DNA from: the human T2T-CHM13v2.0 reference genome, Homo sapiens
Reading direction: 5' to 3' (one strand)
DNA: 64,000 nt
Assembly: GCF_009914755.1 (NCBI RefSeq)
Contig: NC_060926.1
Part shown: piece after piece, positions 27,136 through 42,003 of the stretch
Layout: each line of letters begins with the position of its first letter
How positions within the stretch are numbered: the first letter of the stretch is position 1
The notes under the pieces: generated by a model
The model's database searches: none
What the model was told of the DNA's origin: nothing
What the model saw: only the letters and a program-made list of their open reading frames with translations
Position numbers and translations under genes: made by a program

Positions 27136-28739
27136 ATAGCTTTATATATCCTGAAGATAGTACATATGTAATATCTTCAATGTTTCTAAAGGCTTTATTC
27201 AATGCCCTTTTCAAATTATAGATATATCTTATCATCATGATTAGCAATTTAATCTTTAATATTTAATAAAATGTTATATCTTATTGTGAGGGTAAGCAAT
27301 TTATTTTTAGCATTTCTTTATAATACAAATATTCTCTATTCTTTAACATTAACAAAAGATTAACCACATTTTATCTTTTAATAGACAAAATTACAATAAA
27401 GCTGATAATCCTTCATTAGAAGAATAGTCTTTAAATAACTAGAGTTGGCCCCATGATTTCAGGTTTCAGTAAATTTTTATTACATACGGAATAACAACCA
27501 AAACTTGTCCTTAGGGGAACATTTGTAGGATTTTTGGGTTTTTCTTTTTGGTGGCAGTATTGGTATTGTTATTAATAAAAATATTCAGAAAGACAAACAG
27601 CATATTTCTCAATGCTGAAGTAGACACTTTTTGTCAGTATTCTTCAATCCCATGGGTTGACAACCACTACAAAGCCTCTAGCTGAAGTCATGCATACAAG
27701 TCTGGTCTATATCTTGCCAGACTTGCCAGACTTAATAGTGGAGGAATATGTCCATTCCTCCACTATTAAGAGCATATCTACTTGATTTATTCCTGCCTTC
27801 TCAGCTGTTTTGAACTAATAAATTGATTTTGAATATTTTATTCTATCTTTAGCCTTGGGCAGAAAAACTATCTCTGAACAGATTACAGATTTTTTTTCAC
27901 CTGTGCAATATGTTCTGCACTAGAAAGTGGTTTAGTATAAGAGCAAAATAGACTGCTACCAATCTGTCTCTCCTTCCTCTTATACACTGACTCTGATCCA
28001 GACTTAGTCAAAGGAAAGGAGTCTTCAGATTAAACACTTATACGAGTTACTGCCTTGTACTAGTCCAGGAAGGAAAGAAACAGGAAATACATCAGATTTC
28101 TGAGATTTACGAATTTTTACAGATTAGCTGCCTCAATTAGGCCAATGAGCTAATATACACCATCAGAATTTCTCATTCTGCGTTTTGATCAAGAGGTAGG
28201 AGAGAAACAAGAACCTAGGAATGTATAAAGAAAATACCTCACCCTAGATACTTTTCCCATAAACACTGTTCTTTGCATGGGAAGGGCAAGCTATCTATGT
28301 GACACCTTGTGTTCTCTCTGGGCTGGCATAATCTTCCTGATCAACTCCCATTTCTGGTCTCTCCTGTCTTATAGGTTGTGAATCTTCATCTCTCATGTAA
28401 TTACTACCATTCCTCTTTTTTTTTCAAGCCTTTGTTCTGCTTCTAGAATCTGTCAAATGGACTGGAAGGAACTACCTTGACCTGTGATTCAGATAGAACC
28501 CACTTCCTAGAATCCCCTTCTCTGCTTGTTACCTCATTCCCCAACCTTGCATTTGCTGTATGCCTTATTTTTAGTGGTTTGGCTCTTACTCTCTCCTTGG
28601 AATACATTTCCCCCCAAACCCATCAAATCATCTTTGGCTCATTCCTTCTTTTCTCCCAGGAGTGGGCAGCTTATGTTCCAACATAGCTGTGCCATACTAC
28701 TGTGAGTGACTTGTGAATATCAGTATCATCATCATTAAA

Positions 28740-29720
28740 CCACCATTATCATTATTTAGTAAACCACAAAGGACATAGTTCCTATCCGCAAGAATCTCAA
28801 CCAGTACTAAGGAAAAAATATTGGCTAAACAAAGCCTTATGCAATTAATTGATAAGTTGTGCAAACTCTATGTTCTAAAGTAATTCAGAGGAGTGAGTTT
28901 GTTGAAATTTGAAGCAGTCAGGGAAAATTATATGGAAAAATGTATGCTTTTAAATTGACCTCCAAATAAAATGTTTCCTTTACAAATATGAAGAAGCATC
29001 AAATTATCACAAATTATCACAAACCATATGAACCAGCAAGGGCAATGGTTAGGGGAGATTAAATTGAGAACTATGCTTGACATTGATTTGAAGAGGCCAA
29101 CTCTGAAATTGGGGGTATAGGGGTGTGGAGATCAGCCAGGAGATTGTTGCAGTAAATCAGAGAAAAGGTGTTACACTTTGAAAATGACAGTGAAAATGTA
29201 AAGAATTATATGCAACAATTTAAAGGAAAAATCAATAAGGCTTAGGGATTAAATGAATGTAGGAAATGAAGAAAAATGGTGATTCAAAATGATACTAGTA
29301 CTTTGAGCTCAGGAAATTGCGAAAATGGTAACAACCTCTGACAAAACACAGTGGTTATGATGGGAAGTTCTTTGGAAGATGGGAGTGTGTGAAGAGTTCA
29401 GTTTCAAATGTAATGCTTTTGAGAAATCTAAGTAGAAGTGACTGACTAGCACTTTGAGTCCGGGCACTTGAGTGAAAGGACTAGATTGGAGATAAGAATT
29501 TGGGATTCCCTGTAAAGGTACTAGCTGTATCTTTTCCATGAAGGAAATGTGGAGGACATTAGTAGAGTCTAAGTAATGAGTTTGGAAAAATATTATGTTT
29601 AGAAGGTGGGAAGTGAAAGAAAGATGGGCTAAGAAAGAGTGAGAGCTTTGATGATGCTAGTTTTTTTAATTAATGAGCCAATATATTATCAATTGTCAGG
29701 ACATAAATGATAAGACTGAA
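28740..29720 (-). mobile_element. L2 fragment(s)
   Basis: Purine-rich antisense L2 motifs (GGAGATCAGCCAGGAGATTGTTGCAGTAA, GAGTTCAGTTT, GGAGATAAGAATTTGGGA). Confidence 0.65.
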
Positions 29721-29794
29721 GTTTTTAAATTATTGAGACTCCCTGCTAGTTTCAAACTAAAGATTAGTCCTAAGCATAAAAGACTGGCTGTGGT

Positions 29795-30181
<387 letters not shown>

Positions 30182-30767
30182 CTAGTTTCTTTATTGGAGC
30201 CTTTAAATATAATCTCTGTTAATTTTATAGCCTTAAAATGGCCCTGGAATTCACCTGACTTCAGAACTTTTTCCGCACTAAGAATAGCTAAAACTTAAAA
30301 TGAACTTAAATAAACAACTCCATTGGTTTGCTTTATCTTGGGTTTTACGTTAAAGCAAATCAATTTCAGAAAGGAGCCTGGGACAGGGAGCTGGACTGGG
30401 GAAACAAATGTCACTATGTAGTTTTCAGAATGTTTTGTCTTTCAGCTGTGGTAGCCAAGTAGCCATATGTACCTGGCATCTTTTTATTGCTCCTTATTCC
30501 AGCCCTTTATTTTCTTCTCAATAATTATTACATTTTTTGAGGTTAGTTTGGTTTGTTTTTGCTTTGTTACCATTTTATATATATATATATATATACCTCT
30601 TTTACAACTTAATTTTTTGTGAGGGAGGGCATTTGGACAAGGATGAAAGCAAGCAAGTCATAAAATGCACACATTTTCCTTGATGTACTTAGGAATAATA
30701 TAATACTTTATGTACTTATACTTGGCTAAAAAAAATAAAAAAGAGAAATTGTACGACAAATCTTTTG

Positions 30768-31143
30768 TATTAAAAATACAAAAATTAGCTGGGTGTGGTG
30801 GTGTGTGCCTGTAGTCCAAGCAACTCGGGAGGTTGAGGCAGGAGAATTGCTTGAACCAGGGAGGTGGAGGTTGTAGTGAGCCCAGATGGCGCCCCTGCAC
30901 TCCAGCCTGGCGACAGAGCGAGACTCTGTCTCAAAACAAAAAACAAAAAACAAAAAAAAAAACCACTGGCTGTGGAGACCCAAAGAATAGTTCCAAGCAT
31001 GACAAGCATGAAGGCCTAGATTGGGGTACCCCTTGAATTACTCTATTTTCTTTATTGGAGCCTTTAAATATAATCTCTGTTAATTTTATAGCCTTAAAAT
31101 GGCCCTGGAGTTCACCTTGACTTCAGAACTTTTTCCGCACTAA
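30768..31143 (+). repeat. 376-bp local copy of 29909-30281 (Alu right arm, tail, old TSD and unique 3' flank) between new 20-bp direct repeats
   Basis: Manual alignment gives 7 substitutions and 2 indels. Flanking repeats AATAAAAAAGAGAAATTGTA at 30734-30753 and 31142-31161. Confidence 0.95.
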
Positions 31144-31594
31144 TAAAAAAGAGAAATTGTAATTTGAAAAAACTTAGTCACTTTCTGTTAGCCTAATGCT
31201 TAAGGAGCAGGTTGGTCTGAGAACTATTTCGGGGGGAAGATGAAGGAGAAAGGAAAGCCCTCAATAACCCACATCACAGACTAGAGCTAAAGCACAACAA
31301 AGAAGTACTTCTCAAAGGCAGAGAATGATGGGAACAACTATATGTTTTGTCTGCATTTTGGATAGTTGAATACCGTTTTGTAATTAAAAAGGTTGCATCT
31401 AATTAAACCATGTGCATTAGGTAATATCTGATTCAGACCCTTGGCCTTTTTTTTCTTTTATATTGGCTAAGGGAAATAAGTAAACCTGAATTTTGCAAAC
31501 AGTCACATACAGTAAATCAACAAAGGAGTAAGAATGCTGGTCATGGCTATTATTTAATAAAAAGCCCACAAATACAGAAAGTTAGAGATTTTTA

Positions 31595-31753
31595 AATCAG
31601 TTTTGGTATGTAATTGGCATAGCATACAATTCACCCATTTAAAGGAGGTGAGTCAATGTCATTCAGTATGTTCATATCACCACAATTAACTTTAGAAGAT
31701 TTTCACTACCCCAAAAATAAATCCCTTGTTGCTTAATCATCATCCCTCAATCC
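31595..31753 (-). mobile_element. L1MB-like 3' terminal fragment
   Basis: CATACAATTCACCCATTTAAAG...CATCACCACAAT...TTTAGAAGATTTTCACTACCCCAAAAA. Confidence 0.7.
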
Positions 31754-33439
31754 ATGACTATCTCTTCATATATGGGAACACCATGCATACGAATAGCAAA
31801 ATTTCCCCTGTAAGGCTCTCCAAATTACACAATACAGTTAACTACTAGAAGACAACAAACAAACAAAACTTAAATGTGTTGTTAAATGAAATGCAATCAT
31901 CAATATCAAAAGAATACTATTTCTCTAGAGTATATGGTGATACGTTTTTATTCCAAGAGGGATTATTTTCATTATTCTCGCTCTGGAATGATTGACTTGT
32001 CTGGGTGGGATTGAGCCAGCAGCTGAATTATAAAAGGATGTCATGGGCAATCCTATCAGTATTTCAGTGCAAGCTCAGAGGTTGAAGAGTAGAGTTCAGT
32101 GGAAAATTTCCAGCAGTAATAGATCTTCTTTGTATAGTCATAGATTCATCTGGAATTGATTACTGTCTTTTACTCTAAGAGCCCTTGATGGTCAGGGCTT
32201 CTGCAGGAACTTCATTCAGTACCTTTGTAATATCCCAGAGCTTCCAGAGCAGTGCCCTGCATGCACGCTGAATCTAAATAAAGGTTACTGCCTGACTGAC
32301 AGTCTGTCCCTGGATGCCTAGACTTAGAGATTTGCAAAGCGTTTTAGTTTGTAGCTGCCATAGAGATCAAAGGAGAGCAGACGGGAAGTTTTTTCTTTGA
32401 GGTCAGCTTTCAGCTGCTGTAAATTAGTCATGGATCACAATAGGAAAGGGAAAGAAGAGAGTTTGTATGTAATGAGAAAGTGGGGAGGGTCAGGGGCAGC
32501 TATTTATGACTCACAACTGTATCTTCTTGGTCCATATGTTTTAACTAACAGATTACATCAGTGGAAAGTGCCATTGCATTGGTATAGATCTTGGACAAGA
32601 CTTCTAGATATAATTAAAATAGTCATTTAGATGAAACTTGTTTTGTGGCTGACATTGGGAAATTAAATATCCTTTATAGTGCATAATCATTTTGTTCCCC
32701 ATATTATTTTGGGTAACTATAATTAAACCATTGTTAAGTATCCGAAACACCCAAGGAAAGAGGCACTGATAATGTGGTTGGGGAATGGCATAAGACAGAT
32801 GAATAATGAAGCTTAGCAGATAAGAAGTAATAATGTCACCTTCATTTTTTATTGCTATTTTTGCATGGATAGAAAATTCACTTCACCTCTCATATTATAT
32901 CCCTGTGGCATTAACAGTGATGATCAAAATCCTGATTGATAAAAGAGGCACATAAACTTTGCTCCTTAGATTTCTATTAAAATAATGAAACCTTAGGCAT
33001 TTCATTTCTAAGCTGGTTTGATTGCTAAAATACTGTCTATAAATTTGGATGTGGAAAGTTTAACATGAATAACACTTGGAAAATGACTATCTCTTCATAT
33101 GTGGGAATAATGAAAATAATTCCTCTTGGAATAAAAAGGTAATTATTCAGTTTTCAGATTTTTTGGGGGGCTCCTTTCTTCTAGAAATAAATGATTTCTA
33201 CAGTTTTTAAAATATAATTTTAAATACCTCACATATCCACCCGCTATTAGCCCTATCATAAATGGAGTATCTCCGAATTGCTTGAATGAACATTCTGACA
33301 TTTCATCCTGATAGACTTGACTGTTAAACTGATTAACTTTGGTGGAATGAACAAATAAATGCATGGTCTCAACACCAAGCCTAAAAAATTAAGTAACTAG
33401 AGCAAAACTGAAGAAACAAGTAATGATAATTTTTGCTCC

Positions 33440-33680
33440 CCAAATTAACCTAGCGCCCACCCTACAGGTTCCACAGCACCTTAATATTTCGAATTCTCTT
33501 AGCAGTGTTAACATTTGTAAGTATCTGCTTAATGCCTCTCTTGCCTGATACACCATAAATTTCATGAAGGTGGAGACCACACTGGTCCTATTTATCCATT
33601 TTTGCTGTGTATATCTCACGCACCTAGCATAGTGCCAACCACACAAATACAATAAAAGAAAATTGGTTGAATGGATATGT
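33440..33680 (+). mobile_element. L2 3' end
   Basis: TAAATTTCATGAAGG..AGACCAC...GCACCTAGCATAGTGCC...GTTGAATG. Confidence 0.7.
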
Positions 33681-34789
33681 AAGTAGAACTGCATTTATAT
33701 CTTGCTGTGACACGTTTAATGTATCTAAGAGCCAGGTGATGTTCTGGCAGAAGGTAAAATTCTATGAAAAACAGGGAGCCTTAATGCAAAGGGCATGTCC
33801 AGTGCCTAAATCTTTGTGAATGCTCAATAAATATAGATAACAGCAAGTAGTATGCCTCAGGGGAATGGTGAACATCTGTCAGTAGAATGGATAATAGTCA
33901 TATATTTAATCAATTTACATTACAAGTGCTTTAACCGAAGATCCATTCATTCAATGAACAAACATACATCTATAATTTAGTATGTGGATGGCGTCATGCT
34001 CCACACTATTAGTTTAAAGCCTTATTAACTAATTTTGGGGGCTTTCTATTTAGGAGTAAATCCACCGAACATGTTGTTCTCATATATTAAGTTAAAAAAA
34101 ATTAAAGCTTTTTATAACATCTTGAGATCTACAGAACTCTATTTTCATGCCATCTGTCTTTAAATGTTTGCTAATATATAAAAATTGGAATTGATATCCA
34201 GGCTTTAATTAACTGCAGAATTGTTCATCATCAGTGCTAATATCATGTTAATTATGTTTCTTGAGGCAGAATAGTGTATTGAAATGATTTAGAAATGTTT
34301 TCATAACAGCAGACCTTAACAAAGTCTTTGTTAGTTATTTCTAAGGCAACTAGAAAATTAAGTAAATATACTGAATCTGTATAAATATATAAAGAATTAT
34401 GCATGTCTTAATAGCAGTACTTAAAAAAGAGCCTTGCTAATTAATTCTCACATAACTAGAAAAATTAGAAAAAAATTATGTTATCATGAACATTTTAGTA
34501 AGTGGCATTTTTTTACTATATAATACATTTTATGTGATCTCCTTTTAGAGGAGTGAGTAATATTTTAATGACAATAAATTTCTTTTCAGAGATGGAGGAG
34601 AAATCAATAGGTAAACTATTCATTTGTGTGGAATTTTGCTTGCATAGATCTATTTATTACATCTGGGTAATATAGCTTTTATTAGAATGGTTGAAATACA
34701 TAAACATTGTAACAGGATTAAAATTTCTTTGCACATCAGTCCAGTTATCACAATATTGACATCAATTTATCATATTAATTCCCAACTTT

Positions 34790-35300
34790 AAATTCTATGC
34801 TGCTCCCAATCCCCACTCAATTGTCTACAGGGTCAACTTCAAACCCTCACAAGGCATCCAAGAGCCGGTCTTATGGTTTTAAGCCTTATCTTCCGTCATT
34901 TCCACCTGCTCTCACCATTGGCAGATTTTATTCCAACCACACTAAGCCTATTTGCTATTCCCCAGCATAGGAATATGTCTCATTCTCAAACACCTTTGCA
35001 CACATGCATCTCTCCCTTTGATAAACTTCTTCCCATTTTTCTCTGATCAAACTGCTATTTACAAATTCAATTCAAATGTCATTTATTCTTTGAGCTCCAC
35101 CCATTTCACCCAGTTCACTGTCTCTTCTATCGCTGAGGCCCATTTTACACTTCTCATTTTGGATTAAAATTAACTGTGCTTCTGTGTCTCTCACACAATG
35201 CATGCTCTTTAAAAGCAGGGTTCATGTCTTAAAGGCTTTTCAAAATGTATCCTAGTGCCAATCACAGTGGCTATCAGGTCTTCAGTGCATGCTAGTTATA
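34790..35300 (+). mobile_element. L2 fragment
   Basis: Pyrimidine-rich L2 3' motifs (CTTTGCACACATG, TTCAATTCAAATGTCA, AGCAGGG..CATGTCTT). Confidence 0.6.
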
Positions 35301-36746
35301 ATTATTAACTTTCAATTGTCTGATGATCCCCTGGAGGAAGAAACTCAGAATTATTTTTATTCAATATAGTGATATTCCTAACACTAACCTGAAGGGACCC
35401 AAAACACAATTGTTTTGCCACTCCATTGCTTCTGATTTTCTGAGTACATTTATTGGTCATCAGCCTGGAATACAATAGCAAGGATGTCCTATCCCATGTC
35501 TTCCCAACTTGCTCCGTTCTATTCTCAGTTGCTCCTTTTGTGGCAGAGACTCCCACATCTGCTCTCTTGTGTAGCCAGTTATCTCAAAAAGTGAACTGAA
35601 TTTGATGTCATTATAGTAACATGTAAGGTTTTTGTTTAACATCGTTACTATCTGGAAAAATATGTTAATTAAATTTGCTAATGATGCTAAATGGGATGAT
35701 TTTGAATTCACAAGTGAGGGTGAAAAGATAACATAAAAAAGTCTGAAGAGGTTAGACGTATGACCAGGGAAAAAAAGCCCCATACTGGAAACACACAAAC
35801 TAACACCTGTGGGAGAAATTAAGCAGAAACTCAGCTGCTCTGTGTGTGCTAAGATGGAAGACAAGGTTCTAACTCTTTGAGGTGCTGTATAAATACCAAG
35901 ACATATTAATTTTCAACAAATTAATAGTGATTTCTATTAATGCAGAAAATTTTTATAGGCAGATCTTAGAACACAGAATATACTCTAGGACAGATCCTTG
36001 TTTGAGGTCAGTAAATGGAAAATGGTATTAACACTGGCATACAAAATGAGAAAAGTTTGAAAGAATTATGCAATTTGTTCAATGTCAGTTGAAGAGCCGT
36101 TGACTTCTATTCTTAACAGAAAATTACGAAGTTAGAGTTTAAATGTATCCACTAATTGCAATTGCACATTTGCCTGGTTTATTTCTTCCATTTACCCAAC
36201 ATTAGATACAATATCTTTTTCTAAGATTTAGTTAAAATTTAGCATTACTAGAGCTTAATCTACTCCTTCCAACTTGTGGCTGGATTTTTGTAAACTGGCG
36301 GATCACTTCACATATATTTGAAGACAAAGGAATTGAAAAAGACACTGGGTTTGAGGTATCGGCACTGGAAGATATATCGTATCTGTTCAGAAAAAGTGCT
36401 GGTTATTCCTTGTGAAGGAACAGCATCTAGTGCTTTGTATCATCTATGGTCTTTGGACTATTTGGACCTGCTTAAATCCAATGGGAAATAAATAAAAAGA
36501 AGTGTGTCTCCAAGTTAATCCATGCACACACACGTTTGCCTTATATACAACTGGCACTGACTGGGTGGAAATGTGCCAGTTCATGTATTTGTGTATTCTT
36601 GCTTTCCCCAATTACAGTAGAACATAGATCCTACAAAGGCAGAGTGCTCAGCCATGTTTTCTCCTACAGTATTCCCAGAAACCAGGACAAAGCTAGTATG
36701 TGCTAAATACTCAAATATACATGGAAAGAATGAATGAGTAAATTAC

Positions 36747-37047
36747 ATATATATATATATATATTTTAGATGGAGTCTCACTCTGTCTCCCAAGCTGGAG
36801 TGCAGTGGCACAATCCCGGCTCACTACAGCCTCTGCCTCCTGGGTTCATCAATCCTCCCACTTCAGCCTCCCGAGTAGCTGGGATTACAGGTGCATGCCA
36901 CCACACCCAGCGAATTTTTGTGGTTTTGGTAGGGACGGGGTTTCACTATGTTGGCCAGGGTGGTCTCAAACTCCTGACCTCAGGTGATCCACCCACCTCG
37001 GCCTCCCAAAGTGCTGGGATTACAGGCTTGAGCCACTGCACCTGGCC
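36747..37047 (-). mobile_element. AluSx-like, tail converted to (TA)n
   Basis: Full antisense Alu with GACCTCAGGTGATCC. Confidence 0.93.
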
Positions 37048-37186
37048 TATCATTATATTTTACGTATAATGAATGTGTATAATACTAAGGGAAAAAAACA
37101 TATTTTTGCTCAATAATCAATTCACAAAAGGGTTCAGTCCTATTCTCTTTGAGTGACAATATTCTTTTTTTGACATGTAAATTTAA

Positions 37187-37497
<311 letters not shown>

Positions 37498-38026
37498 AAA
37501 ATGTAAATTTTTTAAGTAGCTGGAGAAAATATTTACATTTTCATATTTTTTATTTTTATTTTTTACTTCAGGAAAATATTATAGCAGCTTGATTGATTAT
37601 TCAAAGCATGAAATATGAGGCAGAACTTAATGAGATTCCAGGTGCTCATTTTGGTTACCAATTGTGTTTAAAAAATATTCTAAAACTTCAACTGTCCTTA
37701 TATGTTGGAGCAGCAGGCTAGAGCCTCTGAAAGCCTAAGACTCTTGGGTCCCTCTGCACACCTCCCACCCTGGCCTGCCTCTTCTTTCTTCATACCACCA
37801 AAGAGGGAGGTGTCAAGGATGGACACTGGCCGACCTACACTGGCATACTTGGAGGAGAAAGACTTCACTAATGTTTATATTTTGCCTTTTACTCAGGTGT
37901 TTTTTTTATAAGGAGTAAGGCATAAAATTCAAAAGTAAACATTTAAAAATATTGTTTGTGAGCATCTTTGTCTTATGTTGGCTTTGAATCAATCCACACT
38001 GTGGGGTTAAAGTACAAGAACTTAGC

Positions 38027-38330
38027 CATTCATTCATTCATCCTTCAACATCTGTTGCTTTTTAAGTATCAGACACCATTCTAGACACTGGGGAGACAAG
38101 TTCATGTTCTAAAGACAAAATAAAATTTTAAGATGAAAGGAAAACTGCCAAAGTATGGGAGGCCTCCCTGAAGAGGTTATATGAAACTGCCAGGTCAAGA
38201 TCTGTGGGCAAAGCATTCTAAGTGGATGTATGAGCAAAAGCCAAAAGTAGAATGAGGTGAAAAACATAGAAAGAAGACCCAGTGTGGATAGAACACATTT
38301 GCTCATGAGGAAATAAAAGGAGATGCTCAG
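38027..38330 (-). mobile_element. L2 fragment
   Basis: CATTCATTCA...CAGACACCATTCTAGACACTGGGGA...GGCCTCCCTGAAGAGGT. Confidence 0.6.
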
Positions 38331-39219
38331 TAATGGGATTTCCTACATATCCATGACTTTATAGTACAGCTGGTAAAAAAGACTAGTGAGTTCTAACTTG
38401 GCCTATTTCTATTGCAAAGATAGTTGACCATATGCCTAGCTAACATATTATGCAGAGTGTTTAGCCTAATAGAGATACACTTTTTTTTTCATAATGAGTT
38501 ATGGAGATGACTTAGTCTCTGTACTTTATGCTTTTAATATCACCAAAATCTTTTCAGGTGCTTTTTTCAATTAAGCCTTTTCCTTTACTTCCTGCTAATA
38601 GTGATAACATATTTATAATAGCTATTTACAGTACTATTAACAAGTATTACAGTGCTGGTTCAAAGGAAATAAAAACTTTATTAATAAAATAAGAGATTTT
38701 GCAAAAGTCATCCAACCAAACTCCCTTTTATACGTCTTGCCAACGATTATAACCATACCCTTGAGCACATTAATTCTTTTTATCTCGCTAGAGATTCAGA
38801 GACATACACTTCCATCTATGGGGGTAGATGAGAGATTTCAAGCAACAATATTCCATTAGAAGAAAAGAAAGTAATATAAGGATATTAGCTTATCTGTGCC
38901 TAAGCTACTTCCTTCTAAATAGAGCATAAGAAAAACTAATTAATCTGAAGGCAGTACAAACTGACATCTCACAATAATCTATGTCAAGGAGCTAGTGCTT
39001 CTGCGGCCACATTGTCCTTCCTCCACTATACCCACCTCAAGTCAGGAGGCTCATTCTACTATTTTTTGAGTGTGTTTAGTGTTTTCTTTGTATTGTCATG
39101 TGTACACCTAATAGTAAAACCATGCAGCTCACTAATTCTCCTACTCAAGTATGGTGGATGGGATGGGTAGAAAACTAACATTGAATGACAACCATATGCT
39201 CTGTGATACCATGACAACT

Positions 39220-39330
39220 TTAGAAATGAGGAAACAAGACTCAGAGTGACGACTCATTCAGGGTCACTCAGCTAGTAAGTGCTGGAATCAAGACTGCAGT
39301 CAGCCAGAATGCGTGATTCTATATTCTGTA
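39220..39330 (-). mobile_element. MIR fragment
   Basis: ATGAGGAAAC..GACTCAGAG...GGTCACTCAGCTAGTAAGTG. Confidence 0.65.
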
Positions 39331-40889
39331 CCCTCAGAATAGAGTTCCTCTGCTAAATGTGTTGCCATTTTTATTCCAGAATAAGGAAGGACTTGCAAAT
39401 TATTTTATTTAAAAATCAGAATATGAAAAAAGAACTTAAAAAACTCCCCTGAGCATAGAATTTAGGGCATTAGCATCCTGAGGGTTAGTTTTAGGAAACC
39501 TGAAGCCGTCCTCTCCTTGGAGGACTTCTTTGTCATTCCATATCTTTCCTATTGCACGTACACTTTCCTCTGCCTTTTCTCTGTCCAACTCCAAAAAAAT
39601 CCGACATCAGTAACTCGTATGTAACCATGTCATTCTGCTGTTCCTCAAAAGGATGTTTGTTTTTTGTTTCAGTCTTGTCTTTATGAAAGAATAATGCATT
39701 TTGCAACATTCCAAGAAATTCCAGGTGACATTAGAACCAAGAGGATAGATACTTTGTTCAGTTTGAGGCCTTCCTTTAATATTATGCTATATTGGTAAAC
39801 ATAATAGCAACCTATTAGGATTGATATTTATACAAGAAAGTAATTTCATGAACACTATTTCACTATCAAATAATTCTGTGATATTATAATGACTTGGCTT
39901 TATTTATCAAAATACAAAAGCATGAGAGAAGACAATTTGTTTAAATAAAAACAAACAAAACCAAAAACTCGAAACCAATATGTCTTAAATCCAGGACATA
40001 CTCTTGAGTCTTCATTCATCCAACATTAATTGCACAGACATGTATTAAGCATTCACCATATTCAAAGCTCTGGAGATTTATACTGAGATAGGCTACTTGC
40101 ACCCTGGAGATCACAGTACAGAAGAAGATGCCATCATGTAAACATAACTATTAGGCAATGTGTTAAGGGTAAGATTTTAAATATTAAAAGAACAATATAT
40201 GAACACTCACTATCTTTTACATTTAGCCTTTCCAGACTTTGTATTTTGTCTGGTAACTTGTCCATAGAGCTTTATCAGAGATTTTGGACCTTAGATATTT
40301 AAGGAAGCCAGAATCAACCATTTTTCCAGTTTCCAAGTAGATTTTATTAAAGATTTTTATCAATATTTGGGCAGAACTAAAACATTTTTAAAGACTTTTT
40401 TTTTTCATGAGATGTGTGTGAGAGAGACAGAGGCAGTGAAAAAATAATTGAAATTATTATTAGGACAGCATCAAAGACTAAAATGTCCTGGCTTGAAGAC
40501 TGATTCCTTATGAGATGATCTATATTGGTAGATTTTTATTCTACCTTTAGCGGGGAATCAATTAATTAAAGCTCATCACTTTTTTTTTTTAACATATAAC
40601 CATTCTGGTTGCTGATATTTTCCTATAACACAGGAAAATCTACTGTTTGATTTTACTGGGACTCAAAGGTTTGCATTGCTAATTGCTGCACTGATAACCT
40701 TCCCTATATTAAGAATTTAAGGATTGAACTTAATATTCTTATCACATCTCTTCTCACTAAAAGAAAAAGTGTACTGATTTTAATGTATGTCATCATGGCT
40801 ATAGAATTCATATATCCTGGGAATATCAAGTAAATCCATGAAATTTCACAGGCTTCTCTTTACATTTAAAAAGGTTCTTCAGAAACATC

Positions 40890-41035
40890 ACATCCAGCCT
40901 CTTCATTTTTCAGATCAGAGAACTGAGCCCCAGTGAATCAAAATGAATTGCCTATGGTGACACAGACACTGGTAACAAATCCAGAAATACAACCTGTTCT
41001 ATTCCAGCTCAATATTATTTTCCCTACCACTGCCT
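40890..41035 (-). mobile_element. MIR fragment
   Basis: TCATTTTTCAGAT..GAGAACTGAGCCCCAG...TTGCCTATGGTGACACAG. Confidence 0.6.
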
Positions 41036-41496
41036 CCTTTGTAGCCTTTCAAGGGTAATTTTGAATTATTTACCAATGTTTTGAATTTCTGGATTCATTG
41101 TCAGTGTCTAAAATAATGTGTGAAATAAGAGCCTAACCAAGTCTTCTATAATAAAGCAACTGAATTTATTTTGAAATGCCTTTTAGGAACGCCAAGTTTT
41201 GAAGGGGTTTTAAGACTATCGCAGTCCAGGATATTTTTAGATAAGAAGAGAATAGAATCCTGGAAACAGGAACCTTCTTATTAAACAACATGATCCCAGT
41301 CTTCTAAGAAACCAATTTAGCTTGTTAAACTGATTCTCCAAGGACATATTAAGCATGCCAGTTTTGCCTTTCTTCACAACCTTCAGAATTATCTTTCCCC
41401 TCCTTCCACTCACCTCCCAAAATATATTAAATTAGAGCTCTGTCTTCTTCAGTCTGGAAATATTTAAGAGAAAGTAAACGTAAAAACATGAGCTTT

Positions 41497-41910
<414 letters not shown>

Positions 41911-42003
41911 TCATTGAAATACATATACTAGATATATCTATATTAGGAAATTATTCTAATCTCTAAGAATTCCTTTATTTATTCTGTTACTAAAAAGATG
42001 ACA

